A stretch of 64,000 nt of DNA from Raillietiella orientalis (lineage: Eukaryota). A program made the position numbers and the translations under genes. The stretch covers positions 2,976,001 through 3,040,000 of the forward strand of contig JAYWIR010000020.1 in the NCBI GenBank assembly GCA_036172245.1. Reading direction: 5' to 3'. This document shows, in pieces, positions 14,101-28,396 of the stretch (position 1 is the stretch's first letter; every line of letters begins with the position of its first letter). Under the pieces are notes generated by a model that saw only the letters and a list, made by a program, of their open reading frames with translations, did no database searches and was not told the origin of the DNA.

Positions 14101-15701
14101 CATGGATCTGTTCAAGAATCACAGCGACTACCACAGCAAATTGACTACTCTTTCGTAGGCATCCTAAGTATCAAGCGCTGGTGCTCTAAGTATCATGAAA
14201 GGTCAATAGAGGAAAGGTTTTCTCCTCATGAAGATATCACTAAAACCCATTCGTAGCTTCCCACTGGAAGTGCTAGGAGATCGAAAACCTAAGATCCTAA
14301 GAATGCGACAGTGAGCAGACACGATGCTTAGAAACCGGTGGAATGAATTATCCTTCAAATCACTCCGTTTCCTTGAGGGTTTCCAAACCATCGAAAGAAC
14401 GGACAGCCTCTGATTGGAGTGGGTGACCCTGGGATGTGGGGTGAATCGAAACCCCTGCCCGCCCACGAGATTTCGCGAAACACATCGCTCGCGCAAGGGG
14501 CAGCGAAGTCTCTCGATGAGCACCAGGGAAGAAGAAAAAAAGGAAATATTCTGCTCGGTATGCAACGCACTGGAAGACGGATTCGAATCTTGGACGCAAG
14601 ACTCTTCAGCATGCTGCCAAACTGATCGTTGGAACCCGAATATTCTTACTGGCTCGCGTGCCCAGATTCTTTTCCTTTTTTTGTCTGCAAGGATCTCAGA
14701 CACCTCTGGCTGGACACCGACTCGATTAGGTTGCCTGCATGCTGGGACACCATGATGTCATATGGTTCTGTCAGACCGTCTTTTGGACAAATCTCGCTGC
14801 TGCACTTGCTGGAAGGGATCTTTGAAGAGAGCACTCCAAGATTTCTGGTGCCGCAATCTATTCGCAGATGTGTCTGAGCACGCAGAGGCAGAGTTTCAAC
14901 CAACTTTTGTCCATCTCGTGACAGGCAGGTTCCACTGCGCTCCAAAAGCAAGGACTTTTCGTTTGGCTCTTTTGCTCTGCTGCTGAGCTTTTATTATGGG
15001 TCGGCTGCCCCAAGGCGAGATCTCGTTCGCTCCTGAAGCTGCGATCTCGTATGTAGCGATATGGGTGCCGGTAATAATCCTCTCTCAATAATTTCATAAT
15101 CTAACCCCCAATAAATTCCAAATAAACATCAACCCAATCTTCTAAACTAATAAACCATCCCTTTGTGGGTTGCACTGGTGAATGCATGAAGTTGGCTTTG
15201 GCATCTCTGAAAAAAAAGTTCTGGGAATGTCAGGTTGAGAGGAGTTTGTGGTTTCCTGCTCATTTGTTGCCCATTTCGCTCCTTTGCCCATACGATTCCT
15301 CTTTAGACGCTCATTCGTGTTTTTGAGCGATTGCATTGATACTTGCTCTGCTGCAATCTGGCACGCTTCTCTCGCAAGCGTATAAGAAGCATGAGAATGT
15401 GAACGCGTGCTCCAACAAACCAGAAGGAAAGGATCTCTTCGAAGTGATTGATGTCTGCGCAATGCTCTGATATGGTCTTTTGGAAGATTGGGAAGATGAC
15501 GCAGTTGTCGACTGCCGAATTTCAATATGCAAGGATTCATTCCTTCGCTCTGAATCGGTAGTTGCAACCATCGATGGAAAGCGAATCATTCTTTCTCTGC
15601 TACTCATTGGCTCCATAAACAAAATTTTCCAAGTGTCCTTCGCATGCAAAAAGGGGTTGCAGGCGGGAAGGGGTAGAAGGAGGAGGGAGGGGGAATCCTA
15701 C

Positions 15702-15851
15702 CGTTAAGGCAGTGGTTTGTCTCGTAGTCCATCACTTGGTAAGAATCTGCGCAGGTGCATTGGTTTTTTTCTTGATCGCAGTACCCTTGATGATTTCCCA
15801 GACAGTCTAAGGAATCATTGCAACGTCTGCTGAGTTCTTCACCCTCGTACG
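15702..15851 (-). CDS. Internal coding exon encoding a 6-cysteine EB/EGF-like extracellular module (gene incomplete)
   Basis: 150-nt phase 1-1 exon bounded by a tttcag acceptor (CAG at 15852-15854) and a GTAGGA donor (15701). It translates to YEGEELSRRCNDSLDCLGNHQGYCDQEKNQCTCADSYQVMDYETNHCLN, with spacing C-x5-C-x7-C-x6-C-x-C-x13-C and an NDS sequon. This spacing is typical of EB modules and EGF-like repeats. Confidence 0.7.
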
Positions 15852-16902
15852 CTGAAACGAGAGGAACGAAAACTAGAAAACGAAGTTCGGCGAAGGAGGG
15901 TTGAAGAATGTGGAAACGAGGCGGTTGATTTCTTTCGGAACATGCGTGACGCTTCCCGCGGAGGAATTTTCCGTGATTGAATAGAGAGCTCTGAGGAAAA
16001 TCAACTAACACGCAGAAGCGTCATTTATGAGATCCTGAAAAGAAATGGAAAAACAATAAAGGAGGAAGAGGAATGAGACGTGTAGCACACCGACGCTAAA
16101 GGAACACATCCACGTGGATGAAATCACTTCGGGAAGCTTCCGGCTCTCGACTTCGAGGGAAGCTGCGATAATGACGAACCGAAAGGACAAAATGAACCCG
16201 CGAGGAAAACCCGCTTCAATCATCTTGACTCCACGCCAGCCTCAACGACGAGGTGAATCTTACGGATATCTTCAGATCACAGCATTGTTGGACAAGAAGC
16301 TGGATGGATGCTTGCTGTTTCCACGTTGCCTCACTCCTAGATGTCTCACTTCCAGATGCAGTGGCCGGAGCTTCCCGCGCTGCGATGGGATTCCCTCAAA
16401 GGGAGCACTGCCCAGGTCGTTCGTTGGTTAAGGTTATCAAAGTGGCAAACGAGACGACGCCGTATGCCTGTGGCTAAAAGACACTCCGAACGTTGACACG
16501 GTTCAGAGCAAACGGCGAACGGTTGCAGGTTTGCCCTCACGGACAGGACGAAGTGCGGATGAAGTGCAGCACGCAGTCTGCTTACAGCCAAGCATGGTTA
16601 ATCATATAGTCAAGTTGGTGACTCCTCGAGTCCAGAAACTTCTCCTCCAGAAAGAGTGCATTTCCACGCTTGCTCCTCCTGTCCAGTCGAGAAAACGCCC
16701 ACCTATGGCGGGCAAAAAGCGGACTGAAAAAGACTCTCAGGACGTGGACGAAATTGAGGCGGTGCCTTCGTAGGAAAGGAAGCTGAAGGAATCTTGGAGA
16801 GTGCAGGGACTTGATCCCACGCTTTTCATGAGCTCCAGCTCGACTGCCTATTTCGCCGACATTCTGGGCGAAACCGGTCGCGTCTTCAGATCCAAAACTT
16901 AC

Positions 16903-16992
16903 TTGGGTTGGAAACTTCAGTTTCTCCGAAGCTGAACGGAGGAGTCTTCGAGGCATCGTGGCCCGGCAGCTCGCGAGACGCAAACCAAGTGA
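16903..16992 (-). CDS. Probable coding exon immediately upstream of the EB-like exon
   Basis: Strong acceptor (tttgtgtttgtttgtctgttcttttcacag) and strong donor (CAA|GTAAGT). The exon is 90 nt, phase 1-1 and open (TWFASRELPGHDASKTPPFSFGETEVSNP). It splices in frame to 15851, giving ...NP-T-YEGEEL... Confidence 0.5.
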
Positions 16993-19900
16993 CTGTGAAA
17001 AGAACAGACAAACAAACACAAAGCTGAGAAACCGCACGCCATGAAGATGACACGACTTTGAGAAGCCCACATCCGCAGCTGACAGTTGCAAGATGAAATG
17101 CGGTCATTTTTTACAGCAGGAACCCAAGTCCGTCACGCAATCGTCCCCTCCCAGTTGCCTTCCGTCTTCTGCAGATCACGAGCTTCATGGAAGCAGGCGT
17201 GAAATCTCTGAACTCTGCCATTATAGATGCGATAGATGTACAAATGTGGTACATGCGATCTATGTGTGCGATTGTTCGCTTTGCACATGTACAAGGAACG
17301 GTACAAATGGCTCAGGAGCGTCGCTACGAACAAGACGGTGAATTTCAGCAACGACATTTTCTCAAGATTGCCAAAGTGGTCTAGAAGGTTCGTTTTGCTA
17401 GAGCCTAGGAGGTGGAGGCTGCTCTTTTTTTATTACGCTACTTCATGAACTTGATTTCAATAAACACGCGGAATTGTCGAAACACGGGCATTTACTACAA
17501 GTCATGTATGTGACCTTCGCGAGAGACCTAAGCTGCACGAATACCGTAGATGTGAAATGCACATTACGGAAGAGTCGGAAATGTGTCACACATTTGTGAT
17601 GCGTGAACATCGGTATTAGTAATTCATATCCAAGAATCCATACATCTTAAATCGTTGCCGGCAACATTCCAAATATGTCACATAACAATTGCAAAACCTT
17701 TGATAATCCCTCATCGGGATTGGAGTAAAACCCCTCCTCCGTGTTCAAGAGAGGATCTGAAAGCGGTATTCTGGTCAGCGCTGATATGGGGTCAGCCATC
17801 TGAAGACTTTAAGGATGCGCTCTTACATGATCCCATAAAAAAGTGCGACAAAAGATGCTTTCCATCCATCTTCGATCACCGAATAGTGGTACTTTTATCA
17901 TTGTCATCAAGGATCTAGTGTCATTCGTAGCTCGCTGAGACAACACAACGCTTCAGGGTACTGGAAGCGCGTTGTTACACAAGAACCAAAACAGCAGCGT
18001 CTTTGAAATCCAGAGAATAGAAACAGGGCCTCTGCTGATTTTTCTTTGCCCGAAGCCACTTTTATTGTCTCTGGAACAAAACGATAAGGAAGAATGGAAG
18101 GCCATTTGTTAAATTTCAGTGGAGGACTTAATTTAGGAAGGGAAACGAAGGTAAAACCGTCCAGCAGAAATTCTTCTGAATGATTCCACTTCTTCATTAA
18201 AACTCAAAAATTGCAACAAGAGTTCAATTGGAGGCTTTGAATTGCAATTTTCTGGGTGTGGCGAATGCATGTGTGTGGTGATAAGAGTAATTGCTATGCA
18301 TCGTTGTAGCTTCGTGAACGGCGGCCAGAAACTCCCTACCTATGTATGCACAGCAGCTGTGCGGCGATTCACCTGGAAAAACTCGTTCCCTAATCATCAA
18401 AGCATGTGATTACCTCTGAAAAGTGCATCCTTACGTACTAGAACGTAGCCCCAACACGGAAACATCAATGATTCTTCCTTCTGTGTGCAACCAGAGCGCT
18501 TTAATCTTTGTTGTTAACTGAAGTTCTTATTTAATTCCAATCGGTTTCTCAGTCACAAACCGCCCCAAGAAAGGATTTAGTCTTTTCATCCAGTCTACGA
18601 CCTTTCCCCAGCTTCTACGTCAGTATCCTCACCCTTCTTTTGCATGCTCTCCTGTAAAGTTTTCCAGAGGATATTTTCAGGAGATTCTCGAGAAAGATTG
18701 TTCAAAGTTCCCATAAACGCCTCTCCTGCTCATTGATCTTCTGATTACGTATCGATCGAATACTCAGATAACACGGAACGTGCTCCTAGGAAACAGCATA
18801 ATGACCGCACCATACTTGCAAGTATGAAGAGCTCTCGTCCATGGAAACCAAACGTGTCATCTATCTCTAGTACTTCAAGCACATTCTCTTCTAAGGGTCA
18901 CATCCGCGGTCTGCAAGAATCCAAGCAGAAAACCGTGTCAGGTGCCAAATAACTGATGCCATCTCTACTTTCTCTCTGTAGAGACCAGTGTTGTTTACAT
19001 GGCTTCCTGGAGGACGATTACTCCAAACAAACTGCTTTTGTGCATTCCTTGGATGTACTCAGACATGAATGACAAGGAAAAGACCTTCTCACTTGAACAT
19101 AACTGACTACAGAGAGGTGAAATTCCTTACGACAGCAAGTGATGCATCCAGGAATGGTTAATCAAAAAAGATATCAATGTGCAAGAACATACTGAGGCGT
19201 AAAAGCACTTCTGTCTGCTTTTTTTTTTGCATTCCCTGTTCGGCAACGAGATTTCGTGAGCAACCGTTTCTTAATTCGATCATATGTTCCTTCCCAGAAC
19301 CTTTCAATCATTAAGAACACTAGAAGTTGCTGCGTTGAAGGCTCTTGAGAACTAGAAAATAATATCGGAGAAATATGAATGGTCCATTTTGAAGTAGCTG
19401 AAGACGCATACGGAACTCCTTGACCAGAAACCTTAAAAAAAATCTTCCGCATTTGAGACTTGGTGAAGGCCAGAACATGAAAACGAAATTTCGGGGTGAA
19501 GACACATCTCAAACACTAAACATACTGTCACTGAGTGGCAATAAACAAAAACAACGTCGAGGATGTAGCCTTATCGTCGTTTTACCGTGGTGCTATTTGA
19601 CCACATCATTTGACCATATTGTGATGAGACCTTATCGTTATTTATCTACATCGTTCTGTTCCACCAAGAACGTTTCCAAGTTTTTGTCAGTTTCAGTACA
19701 GTCTTAAAAGGATTAATCATACATAGGGATGCAGGAGAAAGGCATCAATAAACATGACTTTCAAAAATCTTTGAAGAAAGTCGCGTTCTAACAGTATTGT
19801 GGAAAGTTTTTCCGCAACGGTCTTATGTATTGCTAGCCATTATCCCCTAGAACACCACTATCAGTAAGAAGGTTCTTCCTATGAGAAGAAGATAAAGCTT

Positions 19901-22900
19901 ATATTCGCTTGCTACTTTAGTTCGAATAATAATAATAAAAAAAAAAAACATCTTTCTAGTCCGAGGTTCAGTCTTTGCTACCCTGCCATATGCAGGGTGT
20001 GACTTCTCCGAAACCAGAGGTAAGTGATCTTCCAAGGCACCCAACATTAGCTCGTACTGGTCCAGTATTCTAGTTCCTTCCGTCCTTTCCACAAAGAAAA
20101 AATCATTTTAAGGGCGGTTTTCCTGGACAAGGAATCTTGAGAATCCACCCCAAGGCGTTCAGTTCGCGCTCTCGGATGACTGAAGTAAGAAAATTCCATA
20201 GAACAACAAGGCAAGGACTCTGAGGAGCTTCAGTGTCCTTCACTCTTTCATAGTGCTTCAGGATTTCGAATCATGCGAAGACCGTACATCAGATGTACTG
20301 CAAGACGCAATTCAATGTCTTACAATATGGCAGCCGCAGTCCTAAATGGTCAGTTACTGCATCTTCAGTAAAAACGCACCAAGGAAGGTCTGCCCGCCAA
20401 GTCTTCAAATTCAGTGTCACGTCAGAAATGGAAACAGGAACTCTCGAAACATCGATGAAGACAAGCAGGATGCTTATCTCTTTGCGTTTCTGGGGTGAGC
20501 CGCCTCTGGCTCTTCTAGACAGTCTTAATGAGTTTCAGAGTGCTCACCGATGTTTTAATCTGCTTCAAGAGAGTTCTTGAAGCCGGTAAGAAGACCGGTT
20601 CCTCTAAATCCTTACATCTCCAGCATCTCCTAGTCTCAGCAATCAAAATCTCATTGCCATCAGTGAATAAACTCTTTAAAGAGTCTGTCTTCACTTTAAA
20701 GAGACTTTTCGACCAGTTTCTATCAGAGTTCCAAAAAAGAAACCCACGAATCCATTTCTTTTTTTTTGAAAAAAAAAACTTCTGAGGTTACTGGAGTACC
20801 GGGAAGATCAAGGGGTTTCTATTTCGGAGAAGAGGAAGCATTCAGAATCTGTAAAGGGCCCATTGAGGATCCTTAAAGTCCTTCATCGAAGTTGCAGGCT
20901 GCTGAATGAGTCGCATTCCTTTCACTTCTTCCTCTTCACGTTGCTTCCAGGTGGCCAGAGAGCCCTGGCCTCTTCGTTCGGATGATGCAGGAGAGCGCCG
21001 ACCAGCACCTTCAGACCGAACGCACACAAGTCGCGCCTTTAGTTGCGTCGCGATTCCGCGCTGCCTCAAGATGCAAGCGGCAGTCGTTGACCCCTGCAAT
21101 CGACTTCCCCCGGAGCGATCATTCAACTGGAAGTGTTTGCTCGAGGTGAATGACACCGTCGGGGCCGTCCGGTGCCACCTCGAGTTCCTCCTCTGCCGCT
21201 TTCAGATCATTTCAAATCCATTCCAAATTAGGAATTTGAAATCTGGGACGGTCTACGCGAGGTTCTTCGTGCTTCCATCAGGAAGCGAGGGACCCTCGCT
21301 CCCCACACACATCCGAAATCCGTTTCCGGGAGGGTGTTTTCAGCTGCGAGGTCGGCTTTGAGGCTGCTCCTCTTCAGGCTTCCATCTCCAGCCCAAGCTC
21401 CGTTTGGACGCTTTTCTAAAATTCTTGTAAGGAAACAGTTCGTCTCCCCTTGAACTTTCTGAAGCTGCCTGTCCCTTGCATCATGAAAAGGAACGGGAAG
21501 GGGGAATCTTCCAGTCCATTCTGTCGAAGAGCGACTTCATCCTTCAGGTGGAATCTCTCCAGAGTCTAAAAGATTTCGAGCAGAATGGAGTCGTCAGGTT
21601 ACCGTTAGAATCCAAAGAGGAAGCTATTCGTACTTTCAGCACTCAGGTTTTGGAAAAGCCGGGTTGCTGCGGGGTCTTGCAGCTTTGAAGGAGGCAGCGG
21701 TTCTTTCCACGCGTGAGTAGAAGGGGCTGTCGCAATGCCCTAAATTCCAGTCCAAGGTTGCAGGACTCACGGACAAGACGAGACCTAGCCGACTGGAGGC
21801 GGTCCCGGTGTCGAATCAATCCATCTGGATTTTTCAGACCTACGGTCGTTCTTCCCAGTTCCGGCTCCTCCTCCCTGCGAACTACCGCCGGTTTTTGGGA
21901 CCCATCTGCGTGTTTTCTCTTCCCTTCACCGTGTCGCATTTTGTTCTTCACCCCAGCTTCTGACCCCAGAGCTCACGCAGACAAAGATTTAGTGTTTGCC
22001 AGCCAGCCACGGAGTCTTCGCTTTGATCCCTTCCTGCCATTTTTCTCGTAGGAAGACTAGTCGCAGAAGTCTTGAAAGGAGACCAAGGGAGCTCCACCAC
22101 CAACACCCATGACCGAAACCGGGAAGTCCTCATCAGAGGAACGTTCCTGACTCGCAACTCCCCAAGGGAAGCAAAGGAAGCTGACCACAGCAGAATTCGG
22201 AGAATCCAAGGAAGCAGCACTCGCTTGCGCCCTGTAAAATCTGAGGGAAGCCGGCTCTCGCAGACTTCTAAAACCGCTGAGAGAACGGGAAGTGCCCCAG
22301 AATTCATCAGAGGAGCTGTCGTTTCCCGCTTAGGAACATTTCCGGAATCTTTCAGGGAGTAGTAAAGACGAAACCAGAGGTATCCACTTTCCTTCCTAGC
22401 GGAAAGCGCAGTGCACGGCAAGTTCGGAGACAGAGTTCTTGGGACCGAGTCTGGTGGTCAAGATTGAAGATGAGGATTAGAGGAAGCCCATGAAGAATTC
22501 TAAGTTTCCAGGGCTAAAGCTACAAGAAAGGACCTCTGGTGGATGTAATCGGGAAACGGTCCAAAAAGAAAGCTTGGACGCTTAGACGAAAGTAACTTCT
22601 CAAAAGAGGTGAACTGAGGCTTAGGACCAGACGAAGTTTTTTGCAAGTGCAGAAGAGATAATTGATTTCCATCTTCTCCCCGAGCTCTCGGAATTTCAGC
22701 TATCGGACCAGAAGGATATCTCAAGTGAAGACGTCTTCTGGTCCGGCAGCTGGAAAGTTCATCTACACAATTATAGTTCCCTATAAAGATGCAGTTATAA
22801 GGGGATTTACGAGAAGAATGCACCATCAACGCATGTGAACCTCAGGTCACTAGGGTGAAGACAGCTCGAGTGGTTTCCGGAAGACGAAAGTCCCTGGCCG

Positions 22901-25900
22901 TATCAGTCTCACGGCTTTTGACAGCTTGCCTCTCAATTACGATTGCTTCGAGGTATTGAGACAGAGTATGATCCTCTCTGCTAGAACTCCCTATGAAAAC
23001 TCGTTTAGGATTGAAAGCGGCAATCAAAGACACCGGTGACAAAGTGGAGCCTCTGCAGTCTGGTTTTGCAGAGTCTCATCTGGAATCTCGAGTTAGTCGG
23101 TGGAGACCACACTCTGCTTTCCAGACATCGCATTCATCCCTGAGTTTCATGACATGATTTTCTGTATGGTCCTCGACTCTACAAGTTCCAGAGTTGATTC
23201 TTCAAGTGGTTAAGCTGGTTCCGTTGGTGACTGCCCTTTTTTTTTTTTTCTCGAAGTTTTATAGAGTTCTGCCGTTGATGAAAGGGTAAACCTCTTTCCT
23301 AGTAACACCAGCTTTTTCGCATGAGCAGAGATTCATCCCGCTTTCCAATCTTTGGATCAGGATCGAAATTTGGAATCTAAAATCAAATAACCTTGAATAG
23401 AAGCTAGGTTGCTCTCCATTTCTCTCATGAGCTAAGTTCCATCTGCTTAGTTAATTACTACCTTCAGTCTTCGCTTCTTTTGAATACAACCTCTTTCCTG
23501 CGGGGAGTTCGATCCGTCTTCGAGTCGCAACAGCTTATTCACATCTTCCCCTCTCAGTCTACATCTGATTAATGATCACATAGACTCGCTCCCTCTTATC
23601 ATAAGAATCGTGACCTTCCATGTTGTAGACAGCAGCCAGAGATGTTATGCTTGTTAAAAGGAGCGTTAGGAAAAAATCGTCCTCCAGTATCTGCTCCACC
23701 CTACTCTTTGTGGTGATGTCCATTAGATTCTGTGCCTGATCTTGGCACCATTTCTCTCGCTAAGTACGTCACCTGTCAGGCACCGTAGTCAGGTGATTCC
23801 GGTCAGGTTCCACTGATTTTCATACGAAAATCTCTGGTTTTTCCTTGCTAGAGCAAGTACATTGGGTTGAGTTCAGTTGAAAAACTTTGAATCCTTAATC
23901 GTAAAGCAAGCATGATAGACCTACATTTGAAAGCACGATGCCATATAGCGTATACGATGCCTCCGGTTACGAATGTTCGAAGGCAGGTCTCCATGTGATT
24001 AATACTTACTATTTCATCTCGGAATAGTGATTTTAGTTCCACAAAAATCTTACAAAAAAATGAAAACAAGGGATACATTCTTAGTTGTATAAAATGAATA
24101 TTGAAGAGCTATAAACTAATGTTTCAATTTTTTCGAAAGTTTCAATTTTCAATTCGCATTCTAGTGTATAGCTCATTTATCATTAGTATAAACACTTAAG
24201 GTATCCATGAATGTCGAGAATCTATCCAGCACGCAAGCATTTATTCGACTGAAAGAAATGATCTGATGTCCGGTCGAATCAACAGAATCTCCACATTTCA
24301 TCGCCATGAAATTAATTCCGTGATTCCATTCTGGAAGCTGTGCTTCCACAAAACCTACCCGAGTCGCTCTGCGTACAACGCCTTTCACAGGTGTTGAGGC
24401 CGTAAAATTGTGGTTTCTAGCAGACGCTGTTTCATGATTTCTGAGCTGGATATTTTCTGGTGTGAAATGTTGGGCAATTTCGACACGTCGGCATTACAAC
24501 TATCTTCAAGTGGTTATCACCTGCCGAACACACGAATTCATTATCCGGATCACTCAGTATGCGAGCGGGCAGGCCTCTACGGTTCGTACGAATGCGCTCT
24601 ACCTCTTCCGTTCTTCGATCGAGATGGAGGGATCGTCCTCATGAAAAAGTGGTCGTCCTTAATCACAGTGACATTCTTTTCCTTCTTCGTTACACCTCCT
24701 CATAGCCCAGTCTCAATCTTTTTCACGATTACGTCAGAACCATTGAGGAAATTATCTGGAGTCATGAATTCCAATCTATTTCAGCGAGTCTGCTCGATGT
24801 AACATCGATGAATTTTCCCAGGCAAGCCATTAACGTTAGCATTTCGGGGAACCGTGTCATCGTCACTGGAGCTCTCACCAGCAGCAGCATTATGAATTCT
24901 GCCACTTACAGCTAGGAACAGGTTGTGGGTCGGGACCCTAGTAGGATGGAATGAGAATGCTCATGGCTCCCTAACTTTTCAGCCGATTGCACTCTCAGTG
25001 GCCTACGGCAAAGATCTTATGCGTGCGATTGTCATACTTGAGATCCGACAAGGTCAAGTAGATCCTTTTGTTGGTTGCATCAGAAATTGCAATGACGTTT
25101 GGGAACGGCTGCTAAATCTAAAAACCACTGAATAACTAGCAGCAGCATCTGGTTCTTCTGGATTAAACGTGGATCTTCCAGGAAATGCCATCATGTCAGT
25201 GGATCCTTTCCCATCATCCTTGTCAAGCATCACATCACGACCGCTTAATCGTCGTTTCCGACATGCTCGGTTTCGATCAAACTCACTTTTGCTCACTTGG
25301 AAATTGCCCGTTCGACTTTTGACTGTCAAAAAGAGATTTTCCGAGTAGAGTGCTGTTGCTTTTGCTCCCCAAGAAAATCCTGAAAGGAGCGGGAACCTCT
25401 CAGTACGGCAGCTGGGTTTGCCTTCCACTAATGTGCTTTCCTATCTCATTTTCTTAATTATACGTGGATTTTCACACCACACGAACCACTCTGCTCTCTG
25501 CCTGTGTCTTTACGTATCCACAAGCCCGTGACATGCGTCCGTTCTGGACGGGTGCAAAAGGAAGTTACGAACAGGAGTCGCTGCTGCTTCTCTGGGAACA
25601 TCTTCAGCAATCCTCGATCGGTGAGAACCTCTGGAACCATTCGATCTGTTCGGTTACTTCGGATCTACCAGGGAAATCGATCAATTCATAACAGTTGCTA
25701 TCGATCGACGTTTGATTACTGATGGATGGTCTCCCTGAAATTAAGAATTCCCGTGGTGCGGCTTCCAAACTTGTCGGCGGACAGCCGGGGTGCAACGAGG
25801 GAAATTTTTACGATCCTCAAATTCCATTCTAAAAATGTCTTCCTTTCCATGTTTTTATGGATTGTTTTACCGACGAAAGTAGATTACAAAGGTAGTGTGC

Positions 25901-28375
25901 TCGTATCTGTTCATCAACCGCCCCTTTTTTTCGACGTGAAGACAGATTCGTATCCCACAGGATATTTCCTCAGAGAGCATCTGAATTTTGAGAACAGATC
26001 GATATGGTCTCGTCTCTTAGGTCTCTTCAAACAGCGGCAGATCGATGGTGAAAGCCGATCTTTATTTGAGTAGGTTCGTCGAGATCACCTCGTAATACCT
26101 CCTGCATCAGCCAGCGGGGATAAGTTTAAGATAAAAGAGATCTGTATTTTCCCAGACTGTCTGTCTAGAGCTGAAAGTCAGCGCGCATTGTAATCGTTTC
26201 CGTCGTGCACACACACACATCCAAGGCAAACAAGCCCGAAAGCTTTATCCTCATTCCTGATTCCAGCCGCCAAATCGTGGAAATGACTCTGGATGGGTTC
26301 GCTTTACTTCTTTCTCACCAGGATAGAAAAATACCATCGAAGAAGTCTCTAGAAAGTTCTCCCCTAGCGCATCCAAAGGCAGCATTTTCTTCGAACTGGT
26401 GACAAAAGAGACTTTTCTGAAAGGGGCTGCTGCCTTTACCAAAATGGCAATATCTTGCAGAGATAGATCGTTTTGTCCCCAAAACGCTGATTTTATCTCT
26501 GGGTCGCGTTGTTCTTTTTTTTTTCATTCAGCTCAATCACGTGCTGTGCAATAAGTGATGCTGAACAGCGCGTTGCTCACGCACTATTGGTCCAGAAGAG
26601 ATGCAGCGTGATTTAAAAATCTCCCAGGTTATTAAATGTCTTCCTCGTTAACTTCCTCTGAGGAGGGCTTCCGAGAGTGACGGCAGTCAGCACTGACCAC
26701 TGTGTTCTTAGTAATTCAATGATGTAAATGACACCAATATGTATTTACGCACAGCATGTAATGTATGCACATGATTTTTCATTCGCTTTGTCAGTAGCTG
26801 CCTGTCTTTTTTCTCTGTTTTTGATGATGATCAGCCAACATTAATCAGGAGTACACGATACGACTCGTTTCCTCACTTTGATGTACACAAAAACTCAGAC
26901 ATCACTATCCCAGACATGTCCCATACAACAGATAGCGTTCACTACTATTACACCATGACCCACGATGCATCCGTTTTAGGAGATGAAATACTCAGCTCCC
27001 TTCGCCACTTTGCCATCTATTTAATCCTGGGAAATTCCTTTTCTTTTTTTTTCTTTTTGTTTTCGAGCCTTTAGGAACCTTTTATACAGTTTTTGCTGAC
27101 TTTAGGCATACTTCATGGACTCTGAAGATGATATGCTGTGTGTGAACGCTATCCTAGTCCTTTTTAGCAACTGATGCACTGACCTAACCAAGATCACTAC
27201 TCTAGTGAATGACTATCCCTGGGGAAAGAAAAAAAACAAAACACATCCGCTGCGAATGAGAACCAATCGGATTACAGTTGCTGTTGCATGCTGGTGTTTC
27301 GGATGGAAGCTGGGCTTGTGACACATTTGTCTGCGATCCGTTGGGAAGTGCGTAAGAGACGGGGCCTCTGGCACGAATCAAGAACGGGGCGTCGATGCGT
27401 GCAGGATTTGTTTCGTTCGTTTTCCCAGAGGAAGTCTGTCAGCTTTTGGATGGACCAAAGGCTTTGTCGTCCCACTAGGATCTCATGATTGCGTTTAAAA
27501 AGGATTTCATCAGCGGACCTTTTTGCTCCTCCCTCCTAATGACCAAAAGCGAGATGGGATCCGTCTGCGATTCTCGGACGCCTTCGACTCGCGGAAGCGA
27601 ACACCAGCAGGCAGAAACGCGATATCCTCGTCGGAAAACATCTCCCCTGCAGGTGCTCAGTCAATGTAGCTCGAAATAAGGTGCAGTGATTCGTAGAAAG
27701 CATGGCCTGACCCGGCTCGGACACCCTTCTACGGTGCCTCGTAGAAGACACGGCTTCATGTGGTTGAGTTGAAAGCCTCAACGCACCTTCGAGTCGGTAA
27801 CTTGGAAGCCACACAAGTAGACTTACAGCACAGGAGGATCCCGTCTCCCATTCCTGGATTTCTTTTGATGCTCCACTTCTTCAAGTCGGACCGTTCTCTC
27901 CCTCCTTCCTGCACCCTCGTGGTGCTCATGAGAGTTCCAGCAACATGCAGCCATCCTAGCACAAAACCTCACCCTTAAAGGTGTTCCTTTTCCTTTCCCC
28001 AAATTCTTGCAGCAGCCGGCCTGCCTCGCTCAGATGAAACGTGTCGTAACGACCGACTGCTTCACTGTTTAGTCAGAGGTCAAGAAAAACGATGGTAGAA
28101 CGAGAGAAAGGGGGGAAGGAACTCAAGGAGGAGAAATTCGCTCTCCGAGTTCCATTCGAGACTAGTTCTGTCCGTTGGCGGGAGCCCCTCCCATATCTTA
28201 GGTTCCTCGATCCTTCAGATGCTGTGCAATGAGCTAGGAACGGTTCGGTTTCGGAGGAAGTTGAGCGATCTCTACTTTCGGAAGAATATGAGGGAAGAAC
28301 TGGATGGATTGTTGGCCACCTTTCCCTGTTCGTGCAAAGGGCTCATCGGCCTTTAGCATCGTCCAGGTTTCCATC

Positions 28376-28396
28376 TGTGTGTGTGTGTGTGTGTGT
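28376..28396. repeat. (TG)n microsatellite
   Basis: About 10 TG units read directly. Confidence 0.85.
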
